In this document: piece after piece, positions 50,994-62,370 of the stretch
How positions within the stretch are numbered: position 1 is the stretch's first letter
Layout of the letters: each line of letters starts with the position of its first letter
Assembly: GCA_963718615.1 (NCBI GenBank)
Contig: OY970368.1
Span: 3,104,001 to 3,168,000, forward strand
Length of the DNA: 64,000 nt
Source of the DNA: an uncultured cyanobacterium
GTDB taxonomy: Bacteria > Cyanobacteriota > Cyanobacteriia > PCC-9006 > JAAUQQ01
Direction: 5' to 3'
Notes under the pieces: generated by a model
What the model was told of the DNA's origin: nothing
Database searches by the model: none
What the model saw: the letters and a program-made list of their open reading frames with translations, nothing else
Program-made: the position numbers and the translations under genes

Positions 50994-51600
50994 AAATTCT
51001 GGAATTTACGGAGGAACGATGCAAAGCCCTGATTAGGAAGGACTATTTGTCTTTGTGCAGTTTCTTCTTTACACGACATTGAAGTAGATATCCGTGAACC
51101 CCTTAGACTAAGGGGAACGTGCCCCCTGTAATCTTAATATCGTCGTTAATATCTGTTGGATATAGATAAAGATACGAGAGTGCAATAAATTCTCGATATT
51201 TGAGTCCGATAATTTTCTCTTGGGAATGGGAACAATAGAGTCAGCTCACGATAAGTAGCAATTAATCAAGGAAGTCGAGCAGGAGACAATCGAGTCGTGA
51301 CCTAGTCGTGGCCTAGATGATACTTTCTGCTGTCAGACGTTTCCTCACAGTCTACCTATCGTTGTACGGGTGCTACTCTATCGAATCTTCGCTAAAAATC
51401 ATAGAGGTCTCACTTTGTCAATAGCTGAAGGACTGCACCGAAAACGAGGGGCTATCTTCCTCCTGCCAAATCCGCAGTAACGTCTATCTTGTATTAGAGA
51501 TGGCTTAGTGCTTGTCTAGTTCTGTATTTATTGCAGTTGCTCGATTTCTCTAAGCCACAGCTTGTGTAGGTTCTTTCTGTGTAGGAGCACACCAACTGAA

Positions 51601-52728
51601 ATGGACATCTGTATAGTGAGTGGCATCTTCCCGCCAGATATTGGAGGGCCAGCCAGCTACGTTCCTAAAATCGCTAATACATTAATTGAACAAGGGCACA
51701 GCGCTGAAATAGTTTGTCTCAGCGATTCACTAGCGCATGATGATTTGAATGACTATCCCTTCAAGGTAACAAGAATTCAGCGTTCTTTACCAAAATATAG
51801 GCGTAGTATTGAAATAATCCATGCTATTTGCAGAAGCGCTAAAAACGCAAATCTTATATACGTAAACGGTCTAAGTCTAGAATCAATGATTGCCGCTCTA
51901 ATTTCCAAGAAGCCAACTATTCATAAGGTTGTTGGAGACTATGCGTGGGAAAGAGCACAGCTCTGGCGGCATTTTACTGGCACATTAGATGAATATCAGA
52001 CAACAAAGAAGAATTTAAAATTGAAGGTTCTAGACTTTATCAGGACAGCACCACTCAGAAAGTCACACTCAATTATTGTCCCAAGCAAATACCTTAAAAA
52101 AATAGTTATTGGATGGGGCATTAGTTCAAAAAAACTAAGAGTTATCTATAATGCTATCGACATTCCAAATCCTCAAACAGATTTGATTTTTCCAAAGGTA
52201 TCTGGGAAAGCGATTGTAACGGTAGGAAGATTGGTTCCTTGGAAAGGTGTGGATGGAATTTTAAACGTTCTATCTCAGATCAAAGATTGCCATCTTGTTA
52301 TCATAGGTGAAGGTCCTCTCCGTAATGAACTAGAAATTCTGTGCCATAAACTTAATCTGGAAGATCGAGTAACATTTATGGGGGCTCTTTCAAAATCTCA
52401 AGTTACTTACTGCTTAGAGAAAGCTGATTTATTCGTTCTTAATTCTACCTATGAAGGTCTACCTCATGTTGTGCTTGAGGCTATGAAAGCTGGGACTCCT
52501 GTAGTTGCTACTGATGCAGGAGGGACCTCAGAGGTTATACAAGATCGTGAGAATGGACTATTAGTGTCCGTAGGAAATGAAGAGAAACTTAAGGAATGCA
52601 TTCAGAAGATACTTGCAGAACCTAAGTACGCTCAACAGCTAGCTAATCAAGCTTATAATGATGTGAATGAAAAATTCTCATTAGAGAATATGTTGAAGGA
52701 GTCAATACAAGTATTTTCCCAAGTATAG
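51601..52728 (+). CDS. GT4 glycosyltransferase
   Basis: FPPDIGGPA, VGRLVPWKG, EGLPHVVLEAM. Confidence 0.92.
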   Translation: MDICIVSGIFPPDIGGPASYVPKIANTLIEQGHSAEIVCLSDSLAHDDLNDYPFKVTRIQRSLPKYRRSIEIIHAICRSAKNANLIYVNGLSLESMIAALISKKPTIHKVVGDYAWERAQLWRHFTGTLDEYQTTKKNLKLKVLDFIRTAPLRKSHSIIVPSKYLKKIVIGWGISSKKLRVIYNAIDIPNPQTDLIFPKVSGKAIVTVGRLVPWKGVDGILNVLSQIKDCHLVIIGEGPLRNELEILCHKLNLEDRVTFMGALSKSQVTYCLEKADLFVLNSTYEGLPHVVLEAMKAGTPVVATDAGGTSEVIQDRENGLLVSVGNEEKLKECIQKILAEPKYAQQLANQAYNDVNEKFSLENMLKESIQVFSQV

Positions 52729-52755
52729 CAACTACAAAGTAGGACTACAGCAGCA

Positions 52756-53319
52756 ATGATAAGTCAAAGCATTTCAGAGAATCAACTCTCTGTGAAAGAT
52801 ATTTCTTTTCAAAAGTTTCTAGGTGGTGTCCGAGGACTTATTAAGAAAGCTGAACTAAAAGACTGTGGATTTCCTGTCGTTATTGGCAGAGGAGTAAAGT
52901 TTAGAGATAAAAGTAGCATACTACTTGGGAATAAAGTTCAAATCAAAGAAGGTACACAAATCCTCAATCGAGTCACACTAAAAGATGGAGTATTTATAGG
53001 TCGATTTTGTGACATAGGCTCAGATGTCACCATTGAGGAAAGAGCGACCTTAGCAGATTATGTCTGCATTTTAGGTGAAACACATCAACATGATGACTGT
53101 GGGCATAGAGCCGGTAAACTATATTCACTTGGGGACAAGGTTATTGGGAAAGGAGCTTGGATAGGATATCGAGCAATTATCCTTCCTCAAGTTCGATACA
53201 TCGGGAAGGGTGCAGTTGTAGGAGCAGGAGCAGTTGTCACTAAAGATGTCCCTGATGGAGCTATTGTGGTAGGCAACCCAGCAAAATTAATAAAAAATCG
53301 TACTGCAGCTCATCAATAA
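52756..53319 (+). CDS. Hexapeptide-repeat sugar O-acyltransferase
   Basis: IGKGAWIG...[12 protein letters not shown]....GNPAK. Confidence 0.9.
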   Translation: MISQSISENQLSVKDISFQKFLGGVRGLIKKAELKDCGFPVVIGRGVKFRDKSSILLGNKVQIKEGTQILNRVTLKDGVFIGRFCDIGSDVTIEERATLADYVCILGETHQHDDCGHRAGKLYSLGDKVIGKGAWIGYRAIILPQVRYIGKGAVVGAGAVVTKDVPDGAIVVGNPAKLIKNRTAAHQ

Positions 53320-53331
53320 GCGAGGAAGGCC

Positions 53332-54522
53332 GTGAACGTTTTAATTATTGGAAAAGATTCAACAATATTTGAAAATTCTACAGATGTTCTTGGAGACACA
53401 AGAAAGCGACATCTACTATACTCAAGGCTCTTAAGAGAGAAATGCGGCGATAAGAGCGAAATCAAAATGATTAGCTATAGTCCACGTAAAAAAAATTATG
53501 ACGTTCTTCAATTAGATGAAGGTATTACTATTTATCCCAGTAGCTCTTTTCTAAGGGAAACTTTTCTTTTGGACCTAGTTCGATTAAGTCCGAAAATACT
53601 GAAAGGTTGGAAACCAGACTTAATTACTGTTCAAACCCCTTGGGAAGAGGGTATATTTGCTTGCTTAATCAGCAAAATTATAGGTTGTAAATCCTTACTA
53701 CAGCTACATTTTGATATTTTCTCAACGGAGTGGCTACGAGAAAAAATCACAAATAGGATATATTTGGCAATTTCAAAGTTCGTTTTTTCGAGAGCAGATA
53801 GAACTAGAGTTGTCTCTAATAAACTTCAGGAAAAAATGGTTGAACATTTAAACTTAAAAAGAGAGGTTTTACCCATCATTCCCGTAGGAGTAAATTTCAA
53901 TCCGTTAGATTCTCTACAGAAAAAAAACATTTATAAAGAAAAGATTGATTCTAAACTCAAAGATTGTCCTGTAGTTCTTTTTGTTGGTCGACTGTGTGAT
54001 CAAAAAAACCTCCAGGATTGGGTTCGAGTTGCAAAAAACATTAAGCAGAAAGTGAAACACACAAAATTTCTCATTGCAGGAGATGGGGAAGCCCGCAAGT
54101 CAATAGAAGATTTGGTACAAGAGCAAGGTCTCAGTGAAGAGATCATATTTCTAGGGAAAGTAGGGTATGAAAAGTTACCCGAGATTTATGCAGCAGCCGA
54201 CGTATTTCTCTTAACTTCACACTATGAAGGCTATGGACGAGTTGTCCTTGAAGCATACTTATCTCGAATTCCGGTAGTTTCAACGGCCTGTACGGGGCCA
54301 GAAGACCTGATTCTACCGGATATCAGTGGTATTTTGACGGGAAAGGGAGATATAAACGCTCTTTCTTCGGCAGTTATCAAAATGCTAAAAGAGCCAGAAC
54401 TAGCCAGAGAAATGGCTCAGCATGGATACGATTTTGTATCAAACAACTTTTCTAGCGTAAAGTTAGCTGAAAAACTTGTTGATTGTTGGGCTGAGAGTTG
54501 TCTTTCAGATAAAATTCATTAA
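53332..54522 (+). CDS. GT4 glycosyltransferase
   Basis: FVGRLCDQK, EGYGRVVLEA. Confidence 0.92.
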   Translation: MNVLIIGKDSTIFENSTDVLGDTRKRHLLYSRLLREKCGDKSEIKMISYSPRKKNYDVLQLDEGITIYPSSSFLRETFLLDLVRLSPKILKGWKPDLITVQTPWEEGIFACLISKIIGCKSLLQLHFDIFSTEWLREKITNRIYLAISKFVFSRADRTRVVSNKLQEKMVEHLNLKREVLPIIPVGVNFNPLDSLQKKNIYKEKIDSKLKDCPVVLFVGRLCDQKNLQDWVRVAKNIKQKVKHTKFLIAGDGEARKSIEDLVQEQGLSEEIIFLGKVGYEKLPEIYAAADVFLLTSHYEGYGRVVLEAYLSRIPVVSTACTGPEDLILPDISGILTGKGDINALSSAVIKMLKEPELAREMAQHGYDFVSNNFSSVKLAEKLVDCWAESCLSDKIH

Positions 54523-54530
54523 AGAAAATC

Positions 54531-55613
54531 ATGAGAATTTTACTATTTAATCTTGCAACAGATTTAGACCACTCCATTCTCGGCTTTACAACCTCATGGG
54601 TCAATGCTATAGCCACAAAGGTAGAGCATGTCAATGTTATTACTATGACAGCAGGTAGTCTTGGCGTTTTAGATTCTGTCAATGTCTACTCAGTGGGACA
54701 AGAAAAAGGCTATAGCAAGGCTAGACGTTTAGTTGAGTTTTACAAGCATTTAACTCATATTCTAAGTTCCGAAAAAGTAGATGCCTGTTTTTCCCATATG
54801 AACCCACTCTTTACTGTCCTTGCAGCCCCCCTACTAAAAGCAAAGGGAATTCCAATTGTCACATGGTACGCTCATCCCAGTATTACGACTAAGCTAAAGC
54901 TTGCCCATAAATTATCTGATCGAATGGTAGCAAGTATTTCTAGTGCTTACCCATATAAGAAAGACAAATTTGTTGTTGTTGGTCAAGGGATAGATACTAA
55001 TATTTTTAAGCCTAGGAACGAACTCATAGAAAACCAAGAGAAAACTATCTTATGTGCAGGTCGTCTTTCGCCAATAAAAGATCATTCCACTCTACTAAGA
55101 GCAGCTGCTAAGTTAAGAGAAATAACAGACACCTCTTTTCGAATTATTATCCTTGGTGGGACACCAAATGAAGAAGGGAAGAGGTATAAACAAGAGCTTG
55201 GTCAGTTAATCAAAAAACTTGACCTAGGTGAGAAAGTCGAATTTATTGATGGTGTTCCAATGAATGAGTTACCATTCTGGTATCAACAGTGTGACATACA
55301 TATCAACCTGACGCCAAAAGGCTTTGGAGACAAAGTCGCGTGGGAAGCAATGAGTTGTGGTAAACCATGTATAGTTGCAAATGAAGGATTTAAAGAAACA
55401 TTAGGTCGATATGAAGAACCTCTTTTATTCCAATATCAAAACAGTAATGATCTTGCGAAGAAAATGCATAAAATTCTAAGTCTTACTCAATTAGAAAGAG
55501 AGAGGATTGGATATTATTTACGAGATCAGGTAATTAAACTACATAGTTTGAAAAACCTTTCGAGCAACATTGTTAATCTACTACAATCACTTTGTTCTAG
55601 CCATCTAACTTGA
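54531..55613 (+). CDS. GT4 glycosyltransferase
   Basis: AGRLSPIKD, FGDKVAWEAMSCG. Confidence 0.9.
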   Translation: MRILLFNLATDLDHSILGFTTSWVNAIATKVEHVNVITMTAGSLGVLDSVNVYSVGQEKGYSKARRLVEFYKHLTHILSSEKVDACFSHMNPLFTVLAAPLLKAKGIPIVTWYAHPSITTKLKLAHKLSDRMVASISSAYPYKKDKFVVVGQGIDTNIFKPRNELIENQEKTILCAGRLSPIKDHSTLLRAAAKLREITDTSFRIIILGGTPNEEGKRYKQELGQLIKKLDLGEKVEFIDGVPMNELPFWYQQCDIHINLTPKGFGDKVAWEAMSCGKPCIVANEGFKETLGRYEEPLLFQYQNSNDLAKKMHKILSLTQLERERIGYYLRDQVIKLHSLKNLSSNIVNLLQSLCSSHLT

Positions 55614-55737
55614 TTTTCGAACAATCCTGAACACGCTCAGTAATGCTTTCAGTCTCCGTATACTTATAATGAATCAAGTCTGATTTTTATCTACTATAAA
55701 AATCAGAAAGTTAAGTACATCAAAGTAATAGAAAGCC

Positions 55738-56418
55738 ATGCAGTCTATCACTATTAACGACAACGTCACTAGTTCCAAGAGTTGTATATCTATCATGAAG
55801 AAACTTGCATTTATAGAGCTTATTTTACTTTGGGTAAAGCATGGAGATCCTTATATTTATTACTATTTTAGAGATAATGCGGTCATCGACATTGGTTGTG
55901 GTAATGGTAAATTTTTAAAACGAAATCCAAAAAAATATATAGGTGTAGATATCTCTGAAAACTTAGTTGCTGAATGTAAGCAGAAAGGATTCAATGCAGT
56001 TCTAGGACAGGCTGATAGAATTCCATTCGACGACAGTAGTATCAAGGCAATTAATTGCGACAATGTAATTGAGCATCTGACACCAGATGTTGCAGCGGTG
56101 ATGATCAATGAATTTGGCCGAGTACTAGAGAGTGGAGGAGTTGCAATAATTCGTTCACCTTTGGGCGAAAGCGTTTGGGATACTTTTTCACACATTCGCC
56201 CTTATCCTCCATCAGCAATCCAAAAATTACTCACTAAAGAAACAGAAGATTTTGTCAGACCCAAAGACAATCATCTCAACGAGTTAGAAATACTACATGT
56301 TTATTACCAAGGTAAATACTTCAAGAATAAAATTATTTTTTTACTTTCTCAAGCCTGGACTAACATCGTACCTGAGTCCAGAAAATATGCATATGTTGCA
56401 ATTCTAAGAAAAAAATAA
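55738..56418 (+). CDS. Class I SAM-dependent methyltransferase
   Basis: IDIGCGNG, IPFDD, VIEHL, RVLESGG. Confidence 0.88.
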   Translation: MQSITINDNVTSSKSCISIMKKLAFIELILLWVKHGDPYIYYYFRDNAVIDIGCGNGKFLKRNPKKYIGVDISENLVAECKQKGFNAVLGQADRIPFDDSSIKAINCDNVIEHLTPDVAAVMINEFGRVLESGGVAIIRSPLGESVWDTFSHIRPYPPSAIQKLLTKETEDFVRPKDNHLNELEILHVYYQGKYFKNKIIFLLSQAWTNIVPESRKYAYVAILRKK

Positions 56419-56584
56419 AAATCATCATTTTTCAACCAAGGAATGGAGTAGAAAGTTTGTCGGCCTGTCTCTTAAGATAGATAGCTATACTTAAGTAACA
56501 AGGCTTCCGTTGCTGTTTAGTTTCTAACTCATTCCATCACACAAGAATCCAGTAAGTTTTTATTATAATGAGATTTATTTTCTT

Positions 56585-57907
56585 ATGATTTTTTTCAACT
56601 CTTCAATGAGAAAATTAATCTCAGATGCTTCTTTTACAGGAGCATCTCAGCTCATTTATGCAATTTCACTCATTTTAGTTCAAGTCTTAGCAGTTCGACA
56701 TACATCAGTTAAGGATTTTGGAGATTTTGTTATCGCCAATACCATAGAAAGCATTATTGAAGTCGTTTTTATATCAAAAAGCTCAGAACTAGCATTTCAA
56801 TATCTTGGCAAATATTGGATCTCTAACGATTTTACAGCTGCTAAGATCTGTGCAAATAGAATTATAAAAATTGATTTAGCTACTAATGTCTCAATCACTA
56901 TTATAGTTTCATTCATATCTCTAATTTTAGGAAAGATACTTAACTTTAATCCTTTTTATATCTTAATACTCATCCTTCAAATTCCATCACAAATTGGATA
57001 TGGAGTTTATAAATCTATCTTTGTCTGTGCATCTAAAGTAAAGCAGCAAGCCATTGTAGAAATTGTATTTTCAACCTTTCAACTAGTAGTTTGCTCCATA
57101 TCTATAATCCAAATCGGGATTTACGGGCTACTATTTTCTTATCCAATTTTAGCGTTAGTGAAAAATTTAATAAGTTACTGGATTACAAGGAAATGGTGGG
57201 GAGATATAGACCACAAACTACTTAGTTCTAAGGAGTATCACAGCAACATCATAAATTCAAAATCTTGGTTATATTTTTCTTTTCATTCAATTATTAGAAA
57301 CATATTTAACCATAGCTCAGGTCAGGTAGATGTACTACTCCTTAGCCTAAGAGGTGCGGAAGCAGTAGCAGTTTATAAAATTGCTAAATCATTGGCCTCA
57401 TTACCTATTCGTGTCATTGGACCAATCTGGAATGCTACAAGACCTAAAATCATAGAAAGCTATCATAAAAAAGAATATAACAGACTTAGAAAAATCATTG
57501 GTATCCCATCATTTCTAATGTTAGCTTTCTCTATTCCAAGCTTTATTGTTTTATTGCTAATAGCCGATCAACTATTCATAAATATTTATGGCAATATCTA
57601 TGCTTCTGCAACACAGCCATTTCTTATTCTTCTGATTGGAAACACAGCTTTAGGTGCATTAACAGGGTGGTTTAAATTTTGGATTGTCATTAGTAAATTT
57701 AATACTTTAGGAACAATAAATTCGGTATTATTCCTCAGTCTTAGCCTGTTTCTTGGCTATATATTTGGAGTAAATTCAGCAACTAATATGGCAACAGTTA
57801 TGAGTTTATCATACCTAGTTTCTAGTCTATTATCCTGGACATTGTTCTTGATAGATACCAATTCGAAAAGGACTAGTTCTGATAGCTATCTAAGTTATCA
57901 AAAGTGA
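56585..57907 (+). CDS. Wzx-like polysaccharide flippase
   Basis: About 12 hydrophobic segments, VDVLLL...AVAVYKIA; position within a GT cluster. Confidence 0.8.
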   Translation: MIFFNSSMRKLISDASFTGASQLIYAISLILVQVLAVRHTSVKDFGDFVIANTIESIIEVVFISKSSELAFQYLGKYWISNDFTAAKICANRIIKIDLATNVSITIIVSFISLILGKILNFNPFYILILILQIPSQIGYGVYKSIFVCASKVKQQAIVEIVFSTFQLVVCSISIIQIGIYGLLFSYPILALVKNLISYWITRKWWGDIDHKLLSSKEYHSNIINSKSWLYFSFHSIIRNIFNHSSGQVDVLLLSLRGAEAVAVYKIAKSLASLPIRVIGPIWNATRPKIIESYHKKEYNRLRKIIGIPSFLMLAFSIPSFIVLLLIADQLFINIYGNIYASATQPFLILLIGNTALGALTGWFKFWIVISKFNTLGTINSVLFLSLSLFLGYIFGVNSATNMATVMSLSYLVSSLLSWTLFLIDTNSKRTSSDSYLSYQK

Positions 57908-57952
57908 GTTGCTAGTTGTCTCATAAATATTTAAGTTTGAAATCGTATAACC

Positions 57953-59335
57953 GTGTCTATCAGTCTCTTTTCTCTAGTCCTAATCCCATTAGCAATTGCT
58001 TTGTCTAATACAGGCATCATAGGTGATTTATTTTCAATTGGGGGAGTCTCTATACGAATGGAAGATATGCTCACTATTGCTCTTGCTGCCAGATATGGAA
58101 TGAGAAAATTAAAAACGATAGCTAACAAGAACGACAAAGAAAGACTTAAAAACGAAAAAGTTATACAAGCAACATCTAGTACCCTAATACTACTTCTTGC
58201 TATTTTGTATACAGCGACAGTAATAGCGGGACTCAGATATGACTTCACCATCTTTGCTCTCGAGATCACTCCTCTGACAAGATTTACGATTCAAGCATCC
58301 TTATTTTTTATAGTATCTGCTCTTATAGGTTCAGAAATTACATTAAAAGAATGTCATAGAAAGTTTTTAATCCTGGGATTTCTTGTCGTTGGAAGTGCTT
58401 TTATTAGTTTTGCACTGTACACACTATTTGGCATTCAATTTGGTGAAGTTCAAGAAACAAGCCAAACATTACGATTTTTTGGACCTCTGGGGGATCAATT
58501 AGGCTTTATTGTCAGTCTCTTTTGTTTCTATTTCACGCTTAAATCCAATATTAATCTTGCGTTACTATCTGGATTTGCTGTCGCCATGACAGCCACAAGA
58601 GGTGCGATTTTAGCATTAGTAATTGGTTTTCTTTTTCTTACACTTGAACAAAAAAGAAGACTCAAGTTTCGAATTTCTGCTAAAGTATCTAAAAAAATAT
58701 TTCTGTCTTTTTATTTACTAGTAGTATCAATTGCCTTTCTTTCTTTTAGCAGTATCGGGAATGAAATGCTAAACAGCGTATTTCAAACTTTTAACGTTGT
58801 TATATCAAGATTTATCGACTCTTCAATAGGCGAGTCTGGACTTACCCAAAGAAGTATAACACTATCGATGGCTACAAGTATATTTATGAATAATTTCTTT
58901 ACTGGCGTTGGCTATACAGGCTTTAAGCATATTGCTCTCAATGAGCCTGAGTATCAATTAATTCCAAACTATATTGATGCTCAAAATGCAATTGCAACAA
59001 CTAACAATCAATTCCTCCAGTTTGCAACTGATGCTGGAATTTTCGGATTAATTCTCTTTGTTGGACTTATGATCGCTAGTTTAAACTTATTAAAATATGC
59101 TGGGAATGTTGCACCGAGAGAGCAAAAAGCGTTATTTATAGCCGTTCGTATTTGGCTCCTGTCTCAGATTTTTGGAAATGTAGGAGCTTCTTGGATGCTG
59201 CCTTCATCATTTATTAGTTCTCTTTATTGGATTTTTCTTGCTATGGCAGCTGCGACTGTAAAAATCTATGGATTTACAGGAAAACAATATGAGCAGGAGC
59301 AGCCTCAAAAATTAGAAAATGAATTGATCATTTAG
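57953..59335 (+). CDS. Wzy / O-antigen ligase family protein
   Basis: Multi-TM; TATRGA, R...A...F....FTGVGY.GF, NNQFLQ...DAGIFG. Confidence 0.82.
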   Translation: MSISLFSLVLIPLAIALSNTGIIGDLFSIGGVSIRMEDMLTIALAARYGMRKLKTIANKNDKERLKNEKVIQATSSTLILLLAILYTATVIAGLRYDFTIFALEITPLTRFTIQASLFFIVSALIGSEITLKECHRKFLILGFLVVGSAFISFALYTLFGIQFGEVQETSQTLRFFGPLGDQLGFIVSLFCFYFTLKSNINLALLSGFAVAMTATRGAILALVIGFLFLTLEQKRRLKFRISAKVSKKIFLSFYLLVVSIAFLSFSSIGNEMLNSVFQTFNVVISRFIDSSIGESGLTQRSITLSMATSIFMNNFFTGVGYTGFKHIALNEPEYQLIPNYIDAQNAIATTNNQFLQFATDAGIFGLILFVGLMIASLNLLKYAGNVAPREQKALFIAVRIWLLSQIFGNVGASWMLPSSFISSLYWIFLAMAAATVKIYGFTGKQYEQEQPQKLENELII

Positions 59336-59383
59336 TCCTGATAGAAGTAATTCAATTTTTCATCTTGATTTTTTCATCCTGAC

Positions 59384-60526
59384 ATGAACATTCTTCACAT
59401 CATTACAGCTATCAAACGAGGTGGGGCAGAGAACCACCTATACGACCTTTCTAGAAATCAAGCACAGAAAGGGCATTATGTTACTATCATTTGTCTTAAG
59501 AAAGGAGATTACTGGAAAGAAAAACTTGAGAAGGATGGGGTGCGTGTAATACACCTAAATATATCTAGCTATCTCAATATGTTTGCAATATTCAAATTAT
59601 CAAAGCTAATTCAGGATTTAAAGCCAGATTTAGTGCATGCACATCTCACTCCTGCAGAGCTCTTTACACGACTAGCACTTCTTAAGCGAGGCTTAGATGA
59701 TATATTTTTAATCATTACAAAGCATAATGACTCTAAGTTTTATAATTTTATAGGTCAGAGCTTATTGGGTAATTGGGTTGCACGAAGAGCTAACAAAATT
59801 ATTGCTATTTCTCAATCCGTCAAGGTAAACAACTGTATCAAAAATCTATGCATACCTTCAAAAAAAATTAGTGTTGTTAGATATGGAATAGATCCAACTC
59901 CTTATGAACAGGTCAAAAAAAAGGAGATTGATGCATTACGTCAAGAATGGCAGATAGACCATGACATATATTTAATAGGAGTAGTGGCTCGACTCATTCC
60001 TCAAAAATCACTGCATACGCTCTTAGAAGGATTTAAGCTCTATCAAGATATTTCTAGCTCGCGCTCTAAGCTAGTTATCATCGGAGTTGGTCCTTTAGAA
60101 CAAGAATTAAAGAAACAATCTATTGACTTAGGAATTCAAGATGACATCATTTGGGCGGGCTTCCGGGAAGACATTCCCATTGTTATGAATACAATAGATA
60201 TATTTGCATTAACATCTAAATTTGAAGGTCTTGGCCTAGTTCTTTTAGAAGCAATGTCAGCTGGAACACCAGTTGTGGCGAGTAGAATCAGTGCAATACC
60301 AGAAGTGATCGAAGATCGAAAAACTGGAATCCTTTTTAGACCTGGTAATGCCCAAGAGCTGGCTATGGCTTTCAAGTTGCTCGAAAGCTCGGAGGAACGT
60401 AAGCAACTATCCAAAGAAGGTATCGAACGAGTTAAGTCTCTATTTTCTCTAGAGAGAATGACTATTGAGACCTTATCGCTATACAAGAATATGGTTAGTA
60501 AAAAGGTCAATCATCACTATGCTTAG
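59384..60526 (+). CDS. GT4 glycosyltransferase
   Basis: [23 protein letters not shown]. Confidence 0.92.
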   Translation: MNILHIITAIKRGGAENHLYDLSRNQAQKGHYVTIICLKKGDYWKEKLEKDGVRVIHLNISSYLNMFAIFKLSKLIQDLKPDLVHAHLTPAELFTRLALLKRGLDDIFLIITKHNDSKFYNFIGQSLLGNWVARRANKIIAISQSVKVNNCIKNLCIPSKKISVVRYGIDPTPYEQVKKKEIDALRQEWQIDHDIYLIGVVARLIPQKSLHTLLEGFKLYQDISSSRSKLVIIGVGPLEQELKKQSIDLGIQDDIIWAGFREDIPIVMNTIDIFALTSKFEGLGLVLLEAMSAGTPVVASRISAIPEVIEDRKTGILFRPGNAQELAMAFKLLESSEERKQLSKEGIERVKSLFSLERMTIETLSLYKNMVSKKVNHHYA

Positions 60527-61061
60527 CCCCAAAATTAAATTAGGAATTAGAGCAGTAAGAGGATGTTTGGTTATGCCTTTTTTAGGAGAGGTGAAGTTCC
60601 CACTCGTCCTTGGAAAAGTCAAATTTAAAGCTATTAGGACTGTTTGTCTTGGGAAAAAAGTCATACTTTCTGAGGGAGTAACAATTGGTGAAAACGTTAC
60701 AATAGGTAATAGAAGTTTTATCGGTTCAAATTCTTATATTGATGGAGATATCAAGATCGGCTCATGCTGCAGCATTTCTCGAAATGTCAACCTTCTAACA
60801 AGGACACATCGTATTGATCAAGTTGATAAAACTGGTAGAAGAGCAGGTGAAGTTTTCTTGGTCTCTCCTTTAGAAATTGGCAATGGTGTTTGGATCGGTA
60901 CTAATGCAACAGTCCTACCCAAGGTAAAAAAAGTTGGTTCCTTCGCTATCATTGGTGCAGGGGCCGTGGTTACTAAGGATGTCCCTGAAAACACAATTGT
61001 TGCGGGAAACCCAGCACGAGTCATCCGGAAATTAGAACCACCCAAGAAAATATTTAGTTAA
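60519..61061 (+). CDS. Hexapeptide-repeat sugar O-acyltransferase
   Basis: IGNGVWIG...[12 protein letters not shown]....GNPARVI; start ATG 60519 overlaps the upstream gene end. Confidence 0.9.
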   Translation: MLSPKIKLGIRAVRGCLVMPFLGEVKFPLVLGKVKFKAIRTVCLGKKVILSEGVTIGENVTIGNRSFIGSNSYIDGDIKIGSCCSISRNVNLLTRTHRIDQVDKTGRRAGEVFLVSPLEIGNGVWIGTNATVLPKVKKVGSFAIIGAGAVVTKDVPENTIVAGNPARVIRKLEPPKKIFS

Positions 61062-61080
61062 CTCTAATTCAGTCAAGAAA

Positions 61081-62295
61081 ATGAAAATCTTACAACTTTG
61101 TGCTGTTGGATTCACTGTTAGAAATTTACTTATTCCTCAAATTAACTATTTACAATCGCAGGGATTTGAGGTTGAAATAGTTTGCTCGCCCGGAAAGGAT
61201 GTAGATATTCTTCGGGAGCAAGGTTATAAAATGCACTGCTTACCCATCAAGAGAGAAATTAATCCATACTCTAACTTCAAGAATGTTCTAGAGCTTCAGA
61301 ACTTAATGAAGGCTCAGCACTATGATTTAGTTCATGTCCATACACCAATTGCTGCTGTACTCGGAAGAATAGCAGCAAAGCTGGCTAAAGTTCCCAAGAT
61401 CATATATACAGCACATGGTTTTCCATTTCATGATCAATCTTCATTTTTTCAATATCAATTCTATTTTAATGTTGAAAAGTTTTTTGGTCTGTTGTCTGAT
61501 AAAATTTTGAGCCAAAGCAACGAGGATATTACAACAGCTCGAAACAAAGGACTTTGCCACCCAGGAAAAATCGCATATCTAGGAAATGGTGTTGATGTCA
61601 ATCGCTTTAGTCGCAAATATTTAGATCTTTCTCGTCAGAAGTCTCTTCGTACATCTCTAGGAATTCCATCTTCTGTAGACTTCATCATAGGTACTATTGG
61701 AAGACTAACATACAAAAAAGGTAGTAGTTTTCTTGTAGAAGCCATTGCAGAGCTCAAAAAGGATTATCCAAATCTTCACACGATAATCATCGGTGGTGAG
61801 GTTAAGGGAGATCCCGCACCATTCCAAACACATCTCCTCCAAAAAGTTCGCGACTATGGGTTAGAAGAAAATATCACTCTCACTGGTTATCGACAGGATA
61901 CGCCTGAGCTTCTGAGTCTGCTAGATGTTTTTACTCTCCCAACCTTTACCCATGAGGGAATGCCCCGTTCCATTCTTGAAGCCATGGCAATGGAGTTGCC
62001 GGTGGTAGCCACTAACATCCGTGGGTGTCGAGAAGAAGTCATTCACGGCAAGACAGGTCTAATTGTTTCTCCTAGAGATAGCGATGCACTTGCTCAAGCA
62101 TTTCGACAACTAATTGAAAACCCCAAACTTATTAAAGAGTATGGCCTAGCTGGTCGAGCCAGAGTAGAAGCAGAGTTTGACGAAAGAATTGTTTTTGAGC
62201 GCCTTCGGAAATTTTATACGGATCTGGGCATTATAGAGCCACAGACTTTATTAGAGTCACAACATTGCTTAGAAGCAAACTTTAATACCGTCTAA
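61081..62295 (+). CDS. GT4 glycosyltransferase (CapM/PglA-like)
   Basis: HVHTPIAAVLGR, YTAHGF, GNGVD, EGMPRSILEAMAM. Confidence 0.92.
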   Translation: MKILQLCAVGFTVRNLLIPQINYLQSQGFEVEIVCSPGKDVDILREQGYKMHCLPIKREINPYSNFKNVLELQNLMKAQHYDLVHVHTPIAAVLGRIAAKLAKVPKIIYTAHGFPFHDQSSFFQYQFYFNVEKFFGLLSDKILSQSNEDITTARNKGLCHPGKIAYLGNGVDVNRFSRKYLDLSRQKSLRTSLGIPSSVDFIIGTIGRLTYKKGSSFLVEAIAELKKDYPNLHTIIIGGEVKGDPAPFQTHLLQKVRDYGLEENITLTGYRQDTPELLSLLDVFTLPTFTHEGMPRSILEAMAMELPVVATNIRGCREEVIHGKTGLIVSPRDSDALAQAFRQLIENPKLIKEYGLAGRARVEAEFDERIVFERLRKFYTDLGIIEPQTLLESQHCLEANFNTV

Positions 62296-62370
62296 GCTCC
62301 ACTGGCTATCTATTCCTTTAGATGCCAGCAGAGCAAGAGTCATACTGAATTGTAGGGAATAATAATCATC

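Noticed and set aside
51000-51600. Possible ncRNA or riboswitch in the glycan cluster leader
   Set aside because: No motif or convincing structure recognised by eye; would need an Rfam search
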